Origin: Ostrea edulis
Taxonomy: Eukaryota
NCBI RefSeq assembly: GCF_947568905.1
Contig: NC_079169.1
Span: 87,420,001-87,484,000 of the forward strand
Direction: 5' to 3'
DNA: 64,000 nt
Part shown: positions 26,201 through 41,200 of the stretch, piece after piece
Position numbering within the stretch: the stretch's first letter is position 1
Layout of the letters: each line of letters begins with the position of its first letter
Notes under the pieces: model-generated
Told to the model about the DNA's origin: nothing
What the model saw: only the letters and a program-made list of their open reading frames with translations
The model's database searches: none
Made by a program: the position numbers and the translations under genes

Positions 26201-29200
26201 CTCTCAGCCTTTTCTAATAATATTGATTAAACTACCAAAATCCTTGAGGTTCTTTAGAGGAGAAGCTAGAATATTTAATTAATATATTGTAATCCTCGTT
26301 CTGGAGAGGATAATTAATACGTACCTCCACTGGCCCTACGGTTGTACAGAGATTCTTGATCATCACATCAGATGTAGACACAGAGAGATTCTTCACCATA
26401 ACCTTCTTCGGTTTCGAAGTAACAACAATTCTCTGAATTTAAGAGAAAAATTTAATAATTCAGACTTTTCCATAAACATACTACTTCCAACATGCAAATA
26501 CACCAAACTAGGCATATTCAATTTATTTCATTCTGAATTACCTAGATAATGAATGACATTGGCCAAGACCATCATCGCTAGCAATGCTTACTGAGTCCTG
26601 TTGTACCTACTCTACATCAAACTGAGGCTGTATAATCAGCGAAACCATAGATTTTCATGAATATTTATGAAATGACAATGATATATCGACCAATCAGTCA
26701 CGATGACACATTTTGATGTTTTAATTGCTGCACACACACAGGTAAAGGTTACAGTGTTTGTTTACAAATAGTAAGAGACAGAAAAATCAATATATGCACC
26801 CAGGGGTGCATGAGCCGAGTTGCATGGGATACATTGTAAAGTCAGGAATGATGTGGCATATTTATAATTGTGAAGAACTAATTTCAGGGTTAAACTTTTC
26901 GAGTTACTGTCCAGAAACCATATTGGTCTGAAGTTTTCAATCTATTTTCGGTCACTGTGACTGTGACCTTGAACTTTGACCTTTTTTTCTCCAAAATCAA
27001 TAGGGGCCTTGCTTTGCTGGTATCCAACAATATCTCAAAGTTTCATTTGATTCAAATTAAAATTTTTCGAGTTATCCTCTGGAAACCAAAATTTTTGGGA
27101 ATTTTAAAATCTATTTTCGGTCAGTGTGACCTTGACCTTCAACCTATTTTCTCCAAAATCAATGGGGGTCTTCCTTACCTGGTACATAACAATATCTTAC
27201 GTATCATTTGATACGGATTTAAACTTTCTGAGTTATCATCCGGAAACCAAATATTTCTGAAATTTTCATTCTATATTCGGTCACTGTGACCTTGACCTTT
27301 AACCTTTTTTTCTCCAAAATCAATAGGGAGACCCTGGTACCCAACAATACATCAAAGTTTCATTTGATTCAGATTTAAACTTTATGAGTTATCATCAGGA
27401 AACCAAATTTTCCTGAAATTTTCATTCTATATTCGGTCACTGTGACCTTGACCTTTTTTCTCCAAAATCAATAAGGGTCTTCCTTACCTGGTACCCAACA
27501 ATATATCAAAGTTTCATTTGATTAAATTGTAAACTTTTCGAGTTATCATCCAGAAACCAATTGTTGACACCCAACCAATAACCGAGTTCAACTTTGTGCA
27601 ACTCGGCTAAAAAGTTTACAAATCACTCTTTTAGAAGCAAGTCAAGTATATAGCTATATATCAACTGAAATCCACCTTAATTATTCAAAAATCAATGCTA
27701 TGCTTGCAAATTCTGTAGTGAACAAGAGGCCCACAGGCCTTATCGGTCACCTGAGTACTAGTGAAAAAGTATCACTATTCCCAAGGGCTATGAAATCTAG
27801 AAATAATTTCCTGTTCTGAATATCTAAGCTAAAATTCTAATGTTCAGCAACAGTATAAAACGAGATGTGCTCTTAAAACTTCATTGCCCTCAAAAGTGCA
27901 TACACTGATGAAAGGCTTTACATAATATAATAGTAGTGTTAAATCTAAAGCAAACTAGCATGACGCCGCTCCATGCCCTTTTTAATTGCACCATGCCCTT
28001 TTTAGCCGAGTTGCAACGAAGTTGAACTCGGCTATTGGTTTGGTGATGCAGGCGGGCGGCCGGGTTGGCGGGCAGACTGGCGGGTGGTTGGGCGTCAACA
28101 ATTGGTTTCCGGATGATAACTCGAAAAGTTTACAATCTAATCAAATGAAACTTTGATATATTGTTGGGTACCAGGTAAGGAAGACCCCTATTGATTTTGG
28201 AGAAAAATGGTCAAAGGTCAAGGTCACAGTGATGAAAATAGAGTGAAAATTTCAGAAAAATTTGGTTTCCGGATGATTACTCAGAAAGTTTAAATCTGAA
28301 TCAAATGAAACTTTGATATATTGTTGGGTACTAGGTAAGGAAGACCCCTATTGATTTTGGAGAAAAATGGTCAAAGGTCAAGGTCATAGTGATGAAAATA
28401 GAATGAAAATTTCAGATAAATTTGGTTTCCGGATGATTACTCAGAAAGTTTAAATCCGAATCAAATGAAACTTTTTATTGTTGGGTACCAGGTAAGGAAG
28501 ACCCCTATTGATTTTGGAGAAAAAAGGTCAAAGGTCAAGGTCACAGTGACCAAAAATAGATTGAAAACTTCTGACAAATATGGTTTCTGGACAGTAACTC
28601 GAAAAGTTTAAAACTGATATTAGTTCTTCACAATTATAAATATGCCACATAATTCCTGACTTTACAATGTATCCCATGCAACTCGGCTTATGCACCCCTG
28701 GGTGCATATATTGATTTTTTCTCTATAATTAAAAAAAAAATAAAAATTTGTTGATATAAATAATTATTCTTTATTTCCCAAGGTTGAATGAAAAGTTTAA
28801 AATCAAGGCAGCAGATGTTAACTTTTAAAGAGACTAAATGATTATTCTATTACTATCATAGTATGATACAATGAAAGTGCCCAAAAATTGTCTTGCCGCG
28901 AAGAAAAGTGCCCTTTTGAACATATGTGTGTCCTCTCTAGATCCTAAATTTAACACTAAATAGGTGTATAACATTAAAAAATCAAAAGATATGACTAATT
29001 TGGACCCATCCTAGAGTCAAAACCCTAGGTTGTGAAATTCACCATTTTTTGTAAATCCTTTTCTGCTATTCCTTAAGTATGCATTTATATTTTATACAGT
29101 ATCAGCAAACTTTTAACACATAAATACTATATACTAAGTTTGGCTCCATTCTGGGGTCAGAACTCCTACTCTGGAAATCATCAAATTTACAATTTTGGTA

Positions 29201-32200
29201 AAAGACTACTTGCTCTTTCTAAATATCCATTTAGTTCCAATTTAGTATTAATAGCACTAAAGATTTTATCAAAGTGTTTTACACATAAACATTATATACC
29301 AAGTTTGGCCCCACTCTGGGGTCAGAACCTCTACCACGGGGATCATGAAATTTACAATTTAAGTAGAGGCCTTCATGCTCTACATCACTATGCATTTAGT
29401 TTTTCTTAAACATGTGCAGTTCTAGATAAGATTTTTTAAAATTGGTCAATTTTGGGCAGTTTTTGCCCTGCCCCTAATGCCTCAGGGGTGCAGGAATCCT
29501 GAAATTGACAATTTATGTCCTCTTTGTTCCAAAGATGCTTCAAACCAAATTAGAAAAGAATTAGAACGGTGGTTATCAAGAAGAAATTAAAAATTTCTAG
29601 TGTTCACACATTTAATAACTGACCATTTTGGCAACACCCCGATACCAAAACCCTAACCCCTGTGATCATCAAATTGACAATTTTGGTAAAGGACTACCTG
29701 CTCTTTCTAAATATCCATTTAGTTTCAATTTAGTATCAATAGCACTAAAGAAGATGGTATTTTAAAAGTGTTTTACACATAAACACTATATAATAAGTTT
29801 GGCCCTGCCCTGGGGTAAGAACCCTTACTCTGTAGATCATGAAATTTATAATTTTGGTTGAGGTCTTCCTGCTCTACATCACTATGCATTAAGTTTTTGT
29901 AACACATGTGCAGTTCTTGAGAAGATTTTTGAAAATTGGTCAATTTTGGGCAGTTTTTGCCCCGCCCCTAGGGGTGTAGGAGTCCTGGAATTTACAATTT
30001 ATATCCCCCTTGTCCAAAAGATGCTTCATACCAAATTTAAAAAGAATTGGAATAGTAGTTATGAAGAAGTTAAACATGTTAAATTGTTAACGCACTGACA
30101 ACAGCCAATTGCAATAGGTCACCTGAGTAAACTCGGGTGATCTAATAAAGCTCCACACATATGATAACCACATGGAAGTAACTCCACCCAGGCACACTGT
30201 GGTCTAGCAGCAGGACGGGAAACACAGGGAAATTATAAGCCAGTCACAGAGATGGTTACATTCAAAAGTTGCCAGTCCATTCCAAATCTGCCAGTCCTGA
30301 TTTACAGTTTTGTGATATTTATCATTTTTCATGAGGGAGTTTACTAATAAAAGCTTGTTTGTGACAATTGTTGTAGTACACTGGCTGTTAAAATTAACCC
30401 GAATTCTGGGCCATGAAAATTTTTCCTCGCCTGACTGAGAAATACACCATCTTGGGCAGGCAGGCTGGCCGTAATTTCCAACCCTGCTTATTGTCTGCCA
30501 TGAAAGCCATTTCCTCCTGACTGGCAGTGATCTCAGAGTCTGCCATGATCACAAAAGCCTGTTCCTGTTCACAGTTTCTTTTACTTAGGTACACATTTTT
30601 CTACACTTACCCTGTTAGTTCCTTGCTGACTGACCACATTTCTCTGGTCTCCTTCCTCATTATCCCCAGGCACTGGGTTTATCCTGACTACTGCCCTGTT
30701 GCCAGACCTGGGGGACAGGCCTGGCGAGATAACGGACCGATTCCCAGAATTCCCACTCACTACAGTTCGATTTCCTGTCTGTTGACCTCCAATGGGGGAC
30801 ACGGGGGCAGTGTTTTTGATCACCTGAACCTTGCCATGCTTCAACAAAGATGTTTCCTCACTAGCGTCTGCCTCATCTTCAATGGGAACCAGTTTAATTT
30901 CCCTGGATATGATATCCCCTTGAGCGTTTTTCTTGACAGTTTCTATCCTCTTCATCAGTTTTTTATTGGAACCAGCAGTCTTTGCACTCAATGTCTGGTT
31001 TGTAGCCGTTTTGTTGATTGGCTTACTAGCACGGATGTTCCCAATTGTCTTCTGTGCATTTGTTTGAACAGAATGTGCAACTTGCGCATTAGGAAAGCGA
31101 ACCTGATTTGAGTTTAATGTCTTGATCTGTGGACCAACACGTGGGGGCTGTATAGGTTGTTGAACCTTTTTTGGAGTGGTCTGCACTGTTTTAATCTGGT
31201 TTAAACTAGGCGTATCAAGTTGCTCGACGTCATCAATTGTCTGACCTATAAATAAACAAAATACAGGCATGTAACTAACAGCAGTAAATCCTTACTGCTA
31301 CAATAACAAACCACACAACATGGAAAGGCATGAAAACAAACAGTAAATGCTCTCGAACCATGAAACAAGAAAGCAACCTGAATGGCGATTCCCATTCATA
31401 AAAACGTGCCAGATCAGCAAATACTTTAATTCTATAACATATATAGCGAATTTCTGCGGACAATCCTTAAAAATTCGCTATACGTTAATAGTAAATTCAT
31501 AATTCAAATGTAACGAATTTGCTATAAAACTGATTGTTCTACATGTACATGTATATCAGTGGTATAAGAAAGCAGCAATCATTATACTTGCGTTTGTATT
31601 GTGAGCCTATATATATTTTCGAGAAGAAATATTTTTATACAAGAAATATATACACTGATTTATATATGATAATTTATCTTGGTTGATTATGAAATCACGC
31701 AAGAACTTGTCGAAAGAAAAATGTTATTAAAATTATGTGTAATACATACAGTCTATTACAGTTGTCATTTACTTGCTGCTTTACACAAATAAAGGAGTGT
31801 ACAATAAAATAAATGTAATCAAATTTCAAATTTGATTTAGAACGAGAATAGTAAACAATACCGACAACATATTTCATTAAACATATGTGTAAGTATTGTT
31901 TTGCATTAACAACCTCTTTTGAAAAAATACAAACAAGTCAATGGAAAACGATTATTAAAAATCACAAGGAGTTTAGAATGGGAAAAAATCGTTATAAAAG
32001 GGGATTTTTACATTCATTTTTAATTCAAGGGAAATAGGAATTTACATCGTTAAATCTGTAAATTCGCTATATTCGTGTTTGTTATAGATGCAGATTTTTA
32101 TATAGAATATGTAAAGAATTTGCCGGGGAAATAAATTTCACTTCTCTATAGCCGTAATTTCACTTTATCCGTGTTCGCTATATTTGAGTTTTACTATATT

Positions 32201-35200
32201 CAGATGTGTACATATACATATTTATATGATAAATTTCTTGTATAACGAAGTTTCGCAGTCACTAACTACATGGGAAACAATCGTAACAATTTCCAGTCGC
32301 TTTACACAAAACACATTATCATACCTCAGTATTAGAATTCTATGCAACACGTAATCTGATTGGTTTAGACAGTCATGTGCCAGAGATGACAAAATTTCAT
32401 ATCTCCCTCGTTAAATCGCCTGGTTTGGGTTGATACAAAAACAAGCAAGTAAATCTACATACAAGGAGAATGGAAATAAAAAAAACCCTGGTTACCAGAT
32501 CACTGCATTTCGTTGTTTGTACCTTCTACTGTAATACGTTGACGGCGCAGTGTTACCGTTAGGGTGATCTCGGCTACATACAATGAGCGGACTCCAATTT
32601 CAAATGCACTATTGTAGTCTTGCTTTGTTTCAGTATAATAAACAATTTATTGCATGAATGTTTGGGATATATGAAGATTTATTCACCCAAGAAAAATCAT
32701 ATTTTCCTCGGGCAACGAATATGATTTTTCTTGGGTGAATAAATCTTCATATCTCCCCCACTATCATGCAATAAATGTATATAATCAAATAAATAAAGAT
32801 GTTTCCTTGGGATGTCTCTAAATTATATTCTCAACATTACTGTCTCATTGTCCAGTCTAAACATGTCGTAAATTTATCTAAAGCAGAATTCTATAATTAA
32901 AACAAAGTGCAGGGGTAGGGTTAAAATGACCAATCAAACAAATTAACTATCCATCCCAAAAAGAAGCTCAGGCGATGTATCACCTACACAAATATAAACA
33001 CCCAATGATCACAGCCAAGCTAGCTCAAGACACTGACCATTATCTAGGTAAGGTGTCCAAGTGGAAATAACACTACCACCACTTTAAGAGATCAAGAGTG
33101 AGAAACAAAAAATACAGGACCCAAATTTCATTTCAAAAGACTGAGAGTAAATTTGCTGTTATTATAGAGAAAAAAATCTGGACCGAGATTTCACTTTGAA
33201 GATCAAGAACTTCTCGAGATCGAATTTTCAAAAAGTCACCTGTACATTAAAATTTTAAGCAACAAATACTCCTCAAGAAATACTATATTCTAGTTTCATT
33301 TCACCAGCACACGTACCTTTCTCTGCCAGTCTCTGTGTCAGCTGTTCTCGCTTCTTCTGAGCCAATGCTTGTCTGTTTGCCTCTTTCCGTTTTCTGATCA
33401 GCTCTCTCTGTCGAGCCTGCAGTGCTAACTTTGCCTGTAGCTCTCTGTCCTCTGGGGTCTGGTAATAGAGATTGTATCGTAACAGTGTGGTGGTACAGGG
33501 CTAGAAATACACTGTAACTGTTTTTATTCACTGGTCCCTTGGGCTATCTACTTTAATTTCTACTGGTCAATTGCTAACTTTTACTGTCCCTTCTGACTAG
33601 TGGATATGAAAACAACTGGCCCAAATTCCATATTCAAAATAATGACACATTTTCATAGTTAAACCTAATATCTTGTTTATTCATACTAGCATCAACAGTG
33701 GGTTTAAAAAATGTCATATCTTACTATTTTTATTCACATTTTTCAATAAAAAACTTAAAAAATAGTCGGCGTCATCTTCAACTTTCTTGTCATTTGTGTA
33801 TACTAATCTCACAAGATTATGAATGCATCACAAATTAGACAGCTCATTCTAAGAAATTTGCAGCTGAGCTTTCTTGGGTATACTAATTCAGAAAACCTCC
33901 TGTGGCTTCTAACTTTGTGTCAAGTGTTGAGGGATCATTGAGGGATTGTCGGTTGTATACTCCGCTTAAGACAACTCGTTTTTAGAAACATTGAATTTCA
34001 TGAATTTACCTACATGGTGCAACTTTTTTCGTACAACTTACCAAAAAGAAATCAAGAAAATATTTTGCCTGCGATAAAAACCTGGATGCACACACATCTA
34101 ATATTTACTAGCCCAATCGTTAAGGAATTTTGATAAGTATTTAAATCAACCAGCCGAAAGGGCACATGGTTTTTACAAATCACTAGCCCAAATCCATAAT
34201 TTACTAGCCCCTGAACATTGGGCCATCGATTATTTTGAGCCCTGTGGTAACGTGCAGAATCTGCCCGGTGCCTAAACATTACTGTTAATTGAAATGATAC
34301 AGCCTGACAACATCTGCCCGGTGCCTAGACATTACTGTTAATTGAAATGATACAGCCCGACAAACTAACAAATAAGTGCAGAGTAATAAGGAGATATGAA
34401 GTGTATATTTGGGGATGAACAAACCAGATTTGAAACTGATTAAAATCCCATTCATCCATTTTTTATCTGTGTACAAGAACAAATTGGCTGAACATGTGTT
34501 AAATGTATAATCATTCAGTTACATCAGTTCTATCAATAGTCAAAAGAATTCTTTACCAGTTGTTCTATTTCTACTTTGCTCTGTTTTACTGGGGAGGCAT
34601 CTATGATGGTTTCCTCAGTCGAGGCCCTTTTCTGGGGCTTAGTGGCCCCTACTGGTGTAGTCTGCCCAAATTTCTTGGCACGATCTGTCAGTTTTTTGAC
34701 ATGTGCCAACAATACGGAATTTTGCTTTGCTCTGTAAAAAGATTGAAAGAATTTGAAGATTTATAGTCATGTACATATATTCTTCCCTTGCAACTAGGTT
34801 GTGGAAGAGGAATATTAGGGGCAGATCCAGGGTTTTTGAAAGAAGGGGGGGGGGGTGTTTCCACCCTCAAAATGCTTTTTTTTTACCACAAAATTTTCTA
34901 ATGAAAGGGGGTGGTGGTTCCAACCCCCACCCCTCTGGATCCGCCACTGAATATACATGCAGTAACTTGCCTGTTTGTGTGTTTTATCGTTCACATATTA
35001 AAATTAATTGAGTACAAAAATCAAACTTTCGAAGAATGAAACTTTACAAAATATCCCAGTCTTACTGGTTTTCAAGAAGAACTGCAAACAGTCAAGGCCA
35101 CTAGAAGAGTCATTTGTAAGCTAGCTTTTTCATTCTATTAGATTTTCATATTCATACATGTTTGTTTGCAATAAACATCCACCACATTTATCATAAAAAG

Positions 35201-38200
35201 TTGTTCGATCGCTTTGCATTAATTTCAGTCATCGGTCACATAACATACAGTGTAATGTTGAATTTCCATTATTCAAAACAAGACTGCACTTTTCATTTCA
35301 GAAACTGACTATCATCTCATACAGTGTATGTACATGATACGAGTCAACTCCCTTTCCTGCAGCTAACTGCTTCACAACTTACTTCAGAACAGGCTGTCTT
35401 GGTCCCCCATTATTTTGATTGGGATTTCTGGGCATTCTTTGTCCCTGGCTATGAAATCCATGAGGTCTAGCTTGGTTCTGATACCCAGGGGCCCTTTGTT
35501 GAAATCTTGGTGGCTGCTGTGCCTGTGTTCGGGGCTGGAAATCATGCCGTATGAAGGGCTCTGGGGCACGTCCTGGGGGTGGATATCTACATAAACATTA
35601 AGCACTGTAAATTTCCTTTATTGTGATGGGGACTATATCCAATAGTGTATACTGTGATCTTAAAGGCATAGTGTCTAAGATATTGGTAAAATTTTGCATG
35701 TTCCAAAAGTTGGCGAAATTAAAGATCATAACTAGAAAATCACAAAAAGTTTTTCAGAATGTTTACAAACACATTGGATACGATAGTAATTACAAAATAA
35801 TTCCCTGTGCTCATTAGCCTAAACTGGTACCCTGTTGACTTCGCAACTCTCATGTTTGTGAGTAGCCACCAATCAGCGGGGTACCAGTTTAATATATTGT
35901 CCTTCAGACAAAATTTTTATAAAGGGCTACAACGTCAAAATGACTTCAATTTCAAGGCGCTGCAGCTATAGATAACTCATAATTAATACTACAAATTTGT
36001 CTTTTGGAGTTCTTGCAAAATATTGTGATGTCATTTTTGAGATAAAAGATAGACCCTATGTCTTTAAAGCAATACAAGCTGTAATTGACGGTATTTTTTC
36101 AACTACCTAATTATGAATCATTTACCTCCTATCGATATAACTGATATAATCCCCAAGATCTTAAGAAAAATTCAACAAAATAAACAAGGAAATATTGTTT
36201 GAGAGCATACCTACAATGAGCGTTTCGTATAAACGGCCATTGTGTCGTATACATGGACACGGGAACGATGATTGCTGAACATATCGGGTTGCTGAGACCG
36301 ACGTCATATACAAAGATGGAAACTGACGTGAGTAACTACACGTGGCGTTTGTTTTAAAATATTACATCGTTTCAAGAATGACAAGAAGCACTATAAGTGT
36401 AAGAAAGCAATAATTACACAAATGTGCAACTCAAATGAAATATTGATATTAAATTTTCTATAAAATTGGCATGTTAAACTGTTTACAAATCTGCCACCTC
36501 TCTTTCGCTTTTTTCCGAACTGGTGACCTCCGAGGTCAATGCACATCGGAGATTACGAGCAGGAATTACTGACAGGATGACAATGATTTATGAATCGACA
36601 TTTTCTGCTGATTTGACGGGTTTACTGCTTCAGATTCACTCTGATTCTATTAAGTAGTATGTACAGTGTGTATTTAATCAAAAATATGTTAAATATTCGT
36701 TCTTTTATTTTTCAATTTATTTACCGTCAGTTACAGCTTGTATTGCTTTAATATTATGCAAGTACTCACTTCAGTGAAATCGCCATTCATTGTGAATGCT
36801 ATTCTACTTTACAAAAAATTGTGATAATCACTTCTGATTTCACACGAGAGGTGTCTTATGAATGAATGTGAATATTAATTTACTGCATAAAAAGGAAACA
36901 AGATGATCAAAATTGCCCCTTATACATTTTAATAATCGTATGTTGTCATTTTCAACAGGTACAAAAGCAAAATATGACTTTCATGCACACACCTATCATC
37001 GTAGCATGAGAAACAAAACTCCCTGCCCCACTTAAGACCACGTCACTACAACTATTGCTACCTCTGCTGGGCATATTTGTGTCCCTACCTCTACTGGGCA
37101 TATTTGTGTCCCTACCTCTGCTGGGCATATCTGTGTCCCTACCTCTGTTGGGAGTACTCCTGTTGAATGTAATGACGAGGTGGGGGCGGTATGTTATGAC
37201 CCTGCTGGGACGGGGGTGCCATCCGTACATGTGGGGGTGGTTCTGCCCTGATCAGTGGCTGAGGAGGTTGCTGAGCGGGCGGATACCTATGGCTAGGTGT
37301 CATCAATGGCTGTGGTGGAGGGGGCCTCGAAGGATGGTACTGACTGTGTGGAGGGAACTGCTGTCCATGAAATGGAGTGGGTCCACTGCGAGGTGCCTGG
37401 TTATAATGCCCCATTAGGGGCTGTGGTGCTGGATGAGGGTGAGGATGAGGTGGAGGCCCTCTAGAGTATGCTGGGTAAGGAACACTCGGCCTTGGTGGAG
37501 TCTGCTGACCTGGTCAATAAAAATCACAAATGCTTATCATGTTATGATGTAAGATTTCAGTACAAACAGAATGGTTCCAGGTGAAATTACTACTAATTGA
37601 TTTTTTTTTAAATTCATGTGACTGTATTTGGGTACTGAAAATCAAAATCACCTGTCTCACAACGAAGTACAGGTATTTATTCCATGAAATTCACCATGTA
37701 TCATATTAACACCTCACTTAAATTCTTTCCATAAAGTAAACCTAAATTTAAACCATTACTTCAAACTGTCACAATTTACATTTATACTGATTGTGGGCAG
37801 GTGAAAACTACAGCTTACCTCTATACTGATGTAGACAGATAACTTACCTCTATACTGATGTAGACAGGTGATAACTTACCTGGATACTGATGTAGACAGA
37901 TGATAACTTACCTGGATACTGATGTAGACAGATGATAACTTACCTGGATACTGATGTAGACAGATAACTTTCCTGGATACTGATGTAGACAGGTGATAAC
38001 TTACCTCTATACTGATGTAGACAGGTGATAACTTACCTGGATACTGATGTAGACAGATGATAACTTACCTGGATACTGATGTAGACAGATAACTTACCTC
38101 TATACTGATGTAGACAGGTGATAACTTACCTGGATACTGATGTAGACAGATGATAACTTACCTGGATACTGATGTAGACAGATGATAACTTACCTCTCTA

Positions 38201-41200
38201 CTGATGTAGACAGATGATAACTTACCTGGATACTGATGTAGACAGATAACTTACCTCTCTACTGATGTAGACAGGTGATAACTTACCTGGATACTGATGT
38301 AGACAGATGATAACTTACCTCTCTACTGATGTAGACAGATGATAACTTACCTGGATACTGATGTAGACAGGTGATAACTTACCTCTCTACTGATGTAGAC
38401 AGATGATAACTTACCTGGATACTGATGTAGACAGATGATAACTTACCTCTCTACTGATGTAGACAGATGATAACTTACCTCTCTACTGATGTAGACAGGT
38501 GATAACTTACCTGGATACTGATGTAGACAGGTGATAACTTACCTGGATACTGATGTAGACAGGTGATAACTTACCTGGATACTGATGTAGACAGGTGATA
38601 ACTTACCTGGATACTGATGTAGACAGATGATAACTTACCTGGATACTGATGTAGACAGGTGATAACTTACCTCTATACTGATGTAGACAGATGATAACTT
38701 ACCTCTATACTGATGTAGACAGGTGATAACTTACCTCTATACTGATGTAGACAGGTGATAACTTACCTCTATACTGATGTAGACAGGTGATAACTTACCT
38801 CTATACTGATGTAGACAGGTGATAACTTACCTGGATACTGGAGGTGGACAGGTGGAGCTTGGACATGATGAGGAGGGTGGTGGTGGTGGGAGCTACTGTA
38901 CATGGGCTGAGGGGTGGCCTGGGAGGTCCATGGTCCACTCTGTAGTAATTACAACAATCTCAGATTGACTCTGGAATCATCCTTTAAAACAATTACTGTA
39001 TAAAGGGTTATTTTCGCCCCATTTCTACACTTGCAGACAGTTTCGTCCCGTTTTAAATTCGCCCAGACATAGTTGTGTTAAAAGAGAGATATGAGAGAAA
39101 ACAGTTTTGCCCACTCTTAAATTCGCCCAGTGACAGGAAGGGCGAAAGGGACGAAAATAAAATGGGGGTGAATATTTCCCTGTATACAGTAATTGTCAAC
39201 ACTCCTAAAATATATCTGCTTTGTGTGAAAGAAAGTAGTCTTAAAATCCAAATCAGCACTCCATGTTGCTAAAAATATGGGAGCATATATGACTAAAACT
39301 TTAATCTTGCTACTGAAAATAACTTGTATTTTTAGGCTATCAACTTCTGAATTGATTGATCAAAATTCCACCATAATGGAAGTTGAACAACAAAAACCAG
39401 ATGGTGACTATAAATCTGTCTCATGCAAAACATTCTACCCAAAGTTTACAAAAAATCCTACCTGTGGCGAAGAATGCACAACAGGGGCTGGATGCTGTAG
39501 TTGAGTTAGGGATGGGGGGCCTGGGGATCTATACTGAGGGGGTACTGTTGGGCTTGGCATGAGTCCGTCCCCATTTCGCGAGTGCGGCATGGCCCCTCGA
39601 CGAAAATGTGGATTGATATGGATCTTCTGGGGTTTTGATGGCGACTGCTGATAAACACGACTATGTTTTTTACCACATTAAAAAATCACTACATAATATA
39701 CAAAATCTTTGTAAAGTCCTACATCAATAACAAAGTAATGTCAGAGCATTTAACCTTTAAGCTGCTAATAGTAAATATACAACTTTCTCACACTCAAAGT
39801 TATCTATCAACACATGGGAACTCATTTTCAGTTTGGTGAATTTAAAGTTGGTCACCATTCAAAGATGAAAGAAAGCAAAAGTGAGCAAGCTCACATACCC
39901 CATGCTCCAACATTGCTTGACAATGTCTCACATAATGAATGGTAACGCTATGCATTACTGCAAGAACATGACAGACGGGCTTGAAATTCCAAGTTCAAAA
40001 GGGGCATAACTCCCACAAAAATTATTGAATCAGAATTTCCTGGGAATATGCACATCTAAACAGTGTATCCTTATCAATTAACTACAAAGTTTCACAAAAT
40101 TCTGTTGAGCATCTCAGAGGAGTTGTGCTGACAAGAAAGGGACTGACGTACGGGTCAAAAACATTATACCCTCTGCAACTTCGTTGCACGAGGTATCACC
40201 AATAGTACACAATATGCCAATGAAAAGCTAATATAAGTTGTTTTTCTTGCACCATGATTTGTTGAACTTGGCTTCAGGTAGTATCAGCAATCATCAAGGT
40301 GTGACATACTTTCTTGGCATCATGAAAACAGACAAATCATGTACTCTCTATGTAATATTTCCACTTGGCATGTATGTGTACCATGTGCACCAAGTTCTGT
40401 GGTCCTAGCCTCAACAGTTTGGTCTGTATCCTGCTACTATGGCCTTAACCTTTGACTTTGAGAAACAGTAGGCATCCTCCACTTGGTATATAAGGTGTAT
40501 GTGTACCAAGTTTGACAGTCCTAGCCCCAACAGTTCGGTCTGTATCCTGCCCAGAAGGTTTTCCTACTAAGTGATGCTACAACCTTGACCTTTGATCTCT
40601 GACCTTGAAAAACAATGGGCATCTTTCCCTCATCATGTTGATCAAATGTACCAAAGTTGTAAAATCCTGGAGCTTACAGTTTGGTCTGTATCCTGCCTAC
40701 AAGGTTTTCCTATGAAGTGATACTATGAACTTGACCTTTGACATCTGACCATGAAAAACAATAGTCAATCTCTACTCATCATGGTGATCAAATGTACCAA
40801 GTTGTAAAACCCTGGAGCTTACAGTTTGGTCTGTATCCTGCCCAGAAGGTCCGGACAGACGGACATCGCCATACCATAATACGTATGAAAAATTCCATAT
40901 GAAAATAGTTTTTTAAATACAAAAATTCAATCTATTGACAGCATTACTGCATTGGCTGAATTCAGAATTGGACAGTAAAACTATAAGTAGGTTGTCATTT
41001 GACCACCTGATTGTAGATGTAGATTTGACCTTTGCTTTGACCTCTGTGGTGAAGCAGCAAACTAAAAACACGTTCAAATTTGTTACTTTTCTACAATAAT
41101 CTAAATAGGACGACATGAATGTATGTATGTCACCTCCACACGGCAGGACATGCAGTCACGTGCTTCATCAAACTCACCTGGTCCGGTGCACTCTGGGGTG

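Noticed and set aside
30527-31111. 194-aa plus-strand ORF (also 37055-37417 and 48039-48338)
   Set aside because: Antisense shadows of RBM33 exons 14, 10 and 3.
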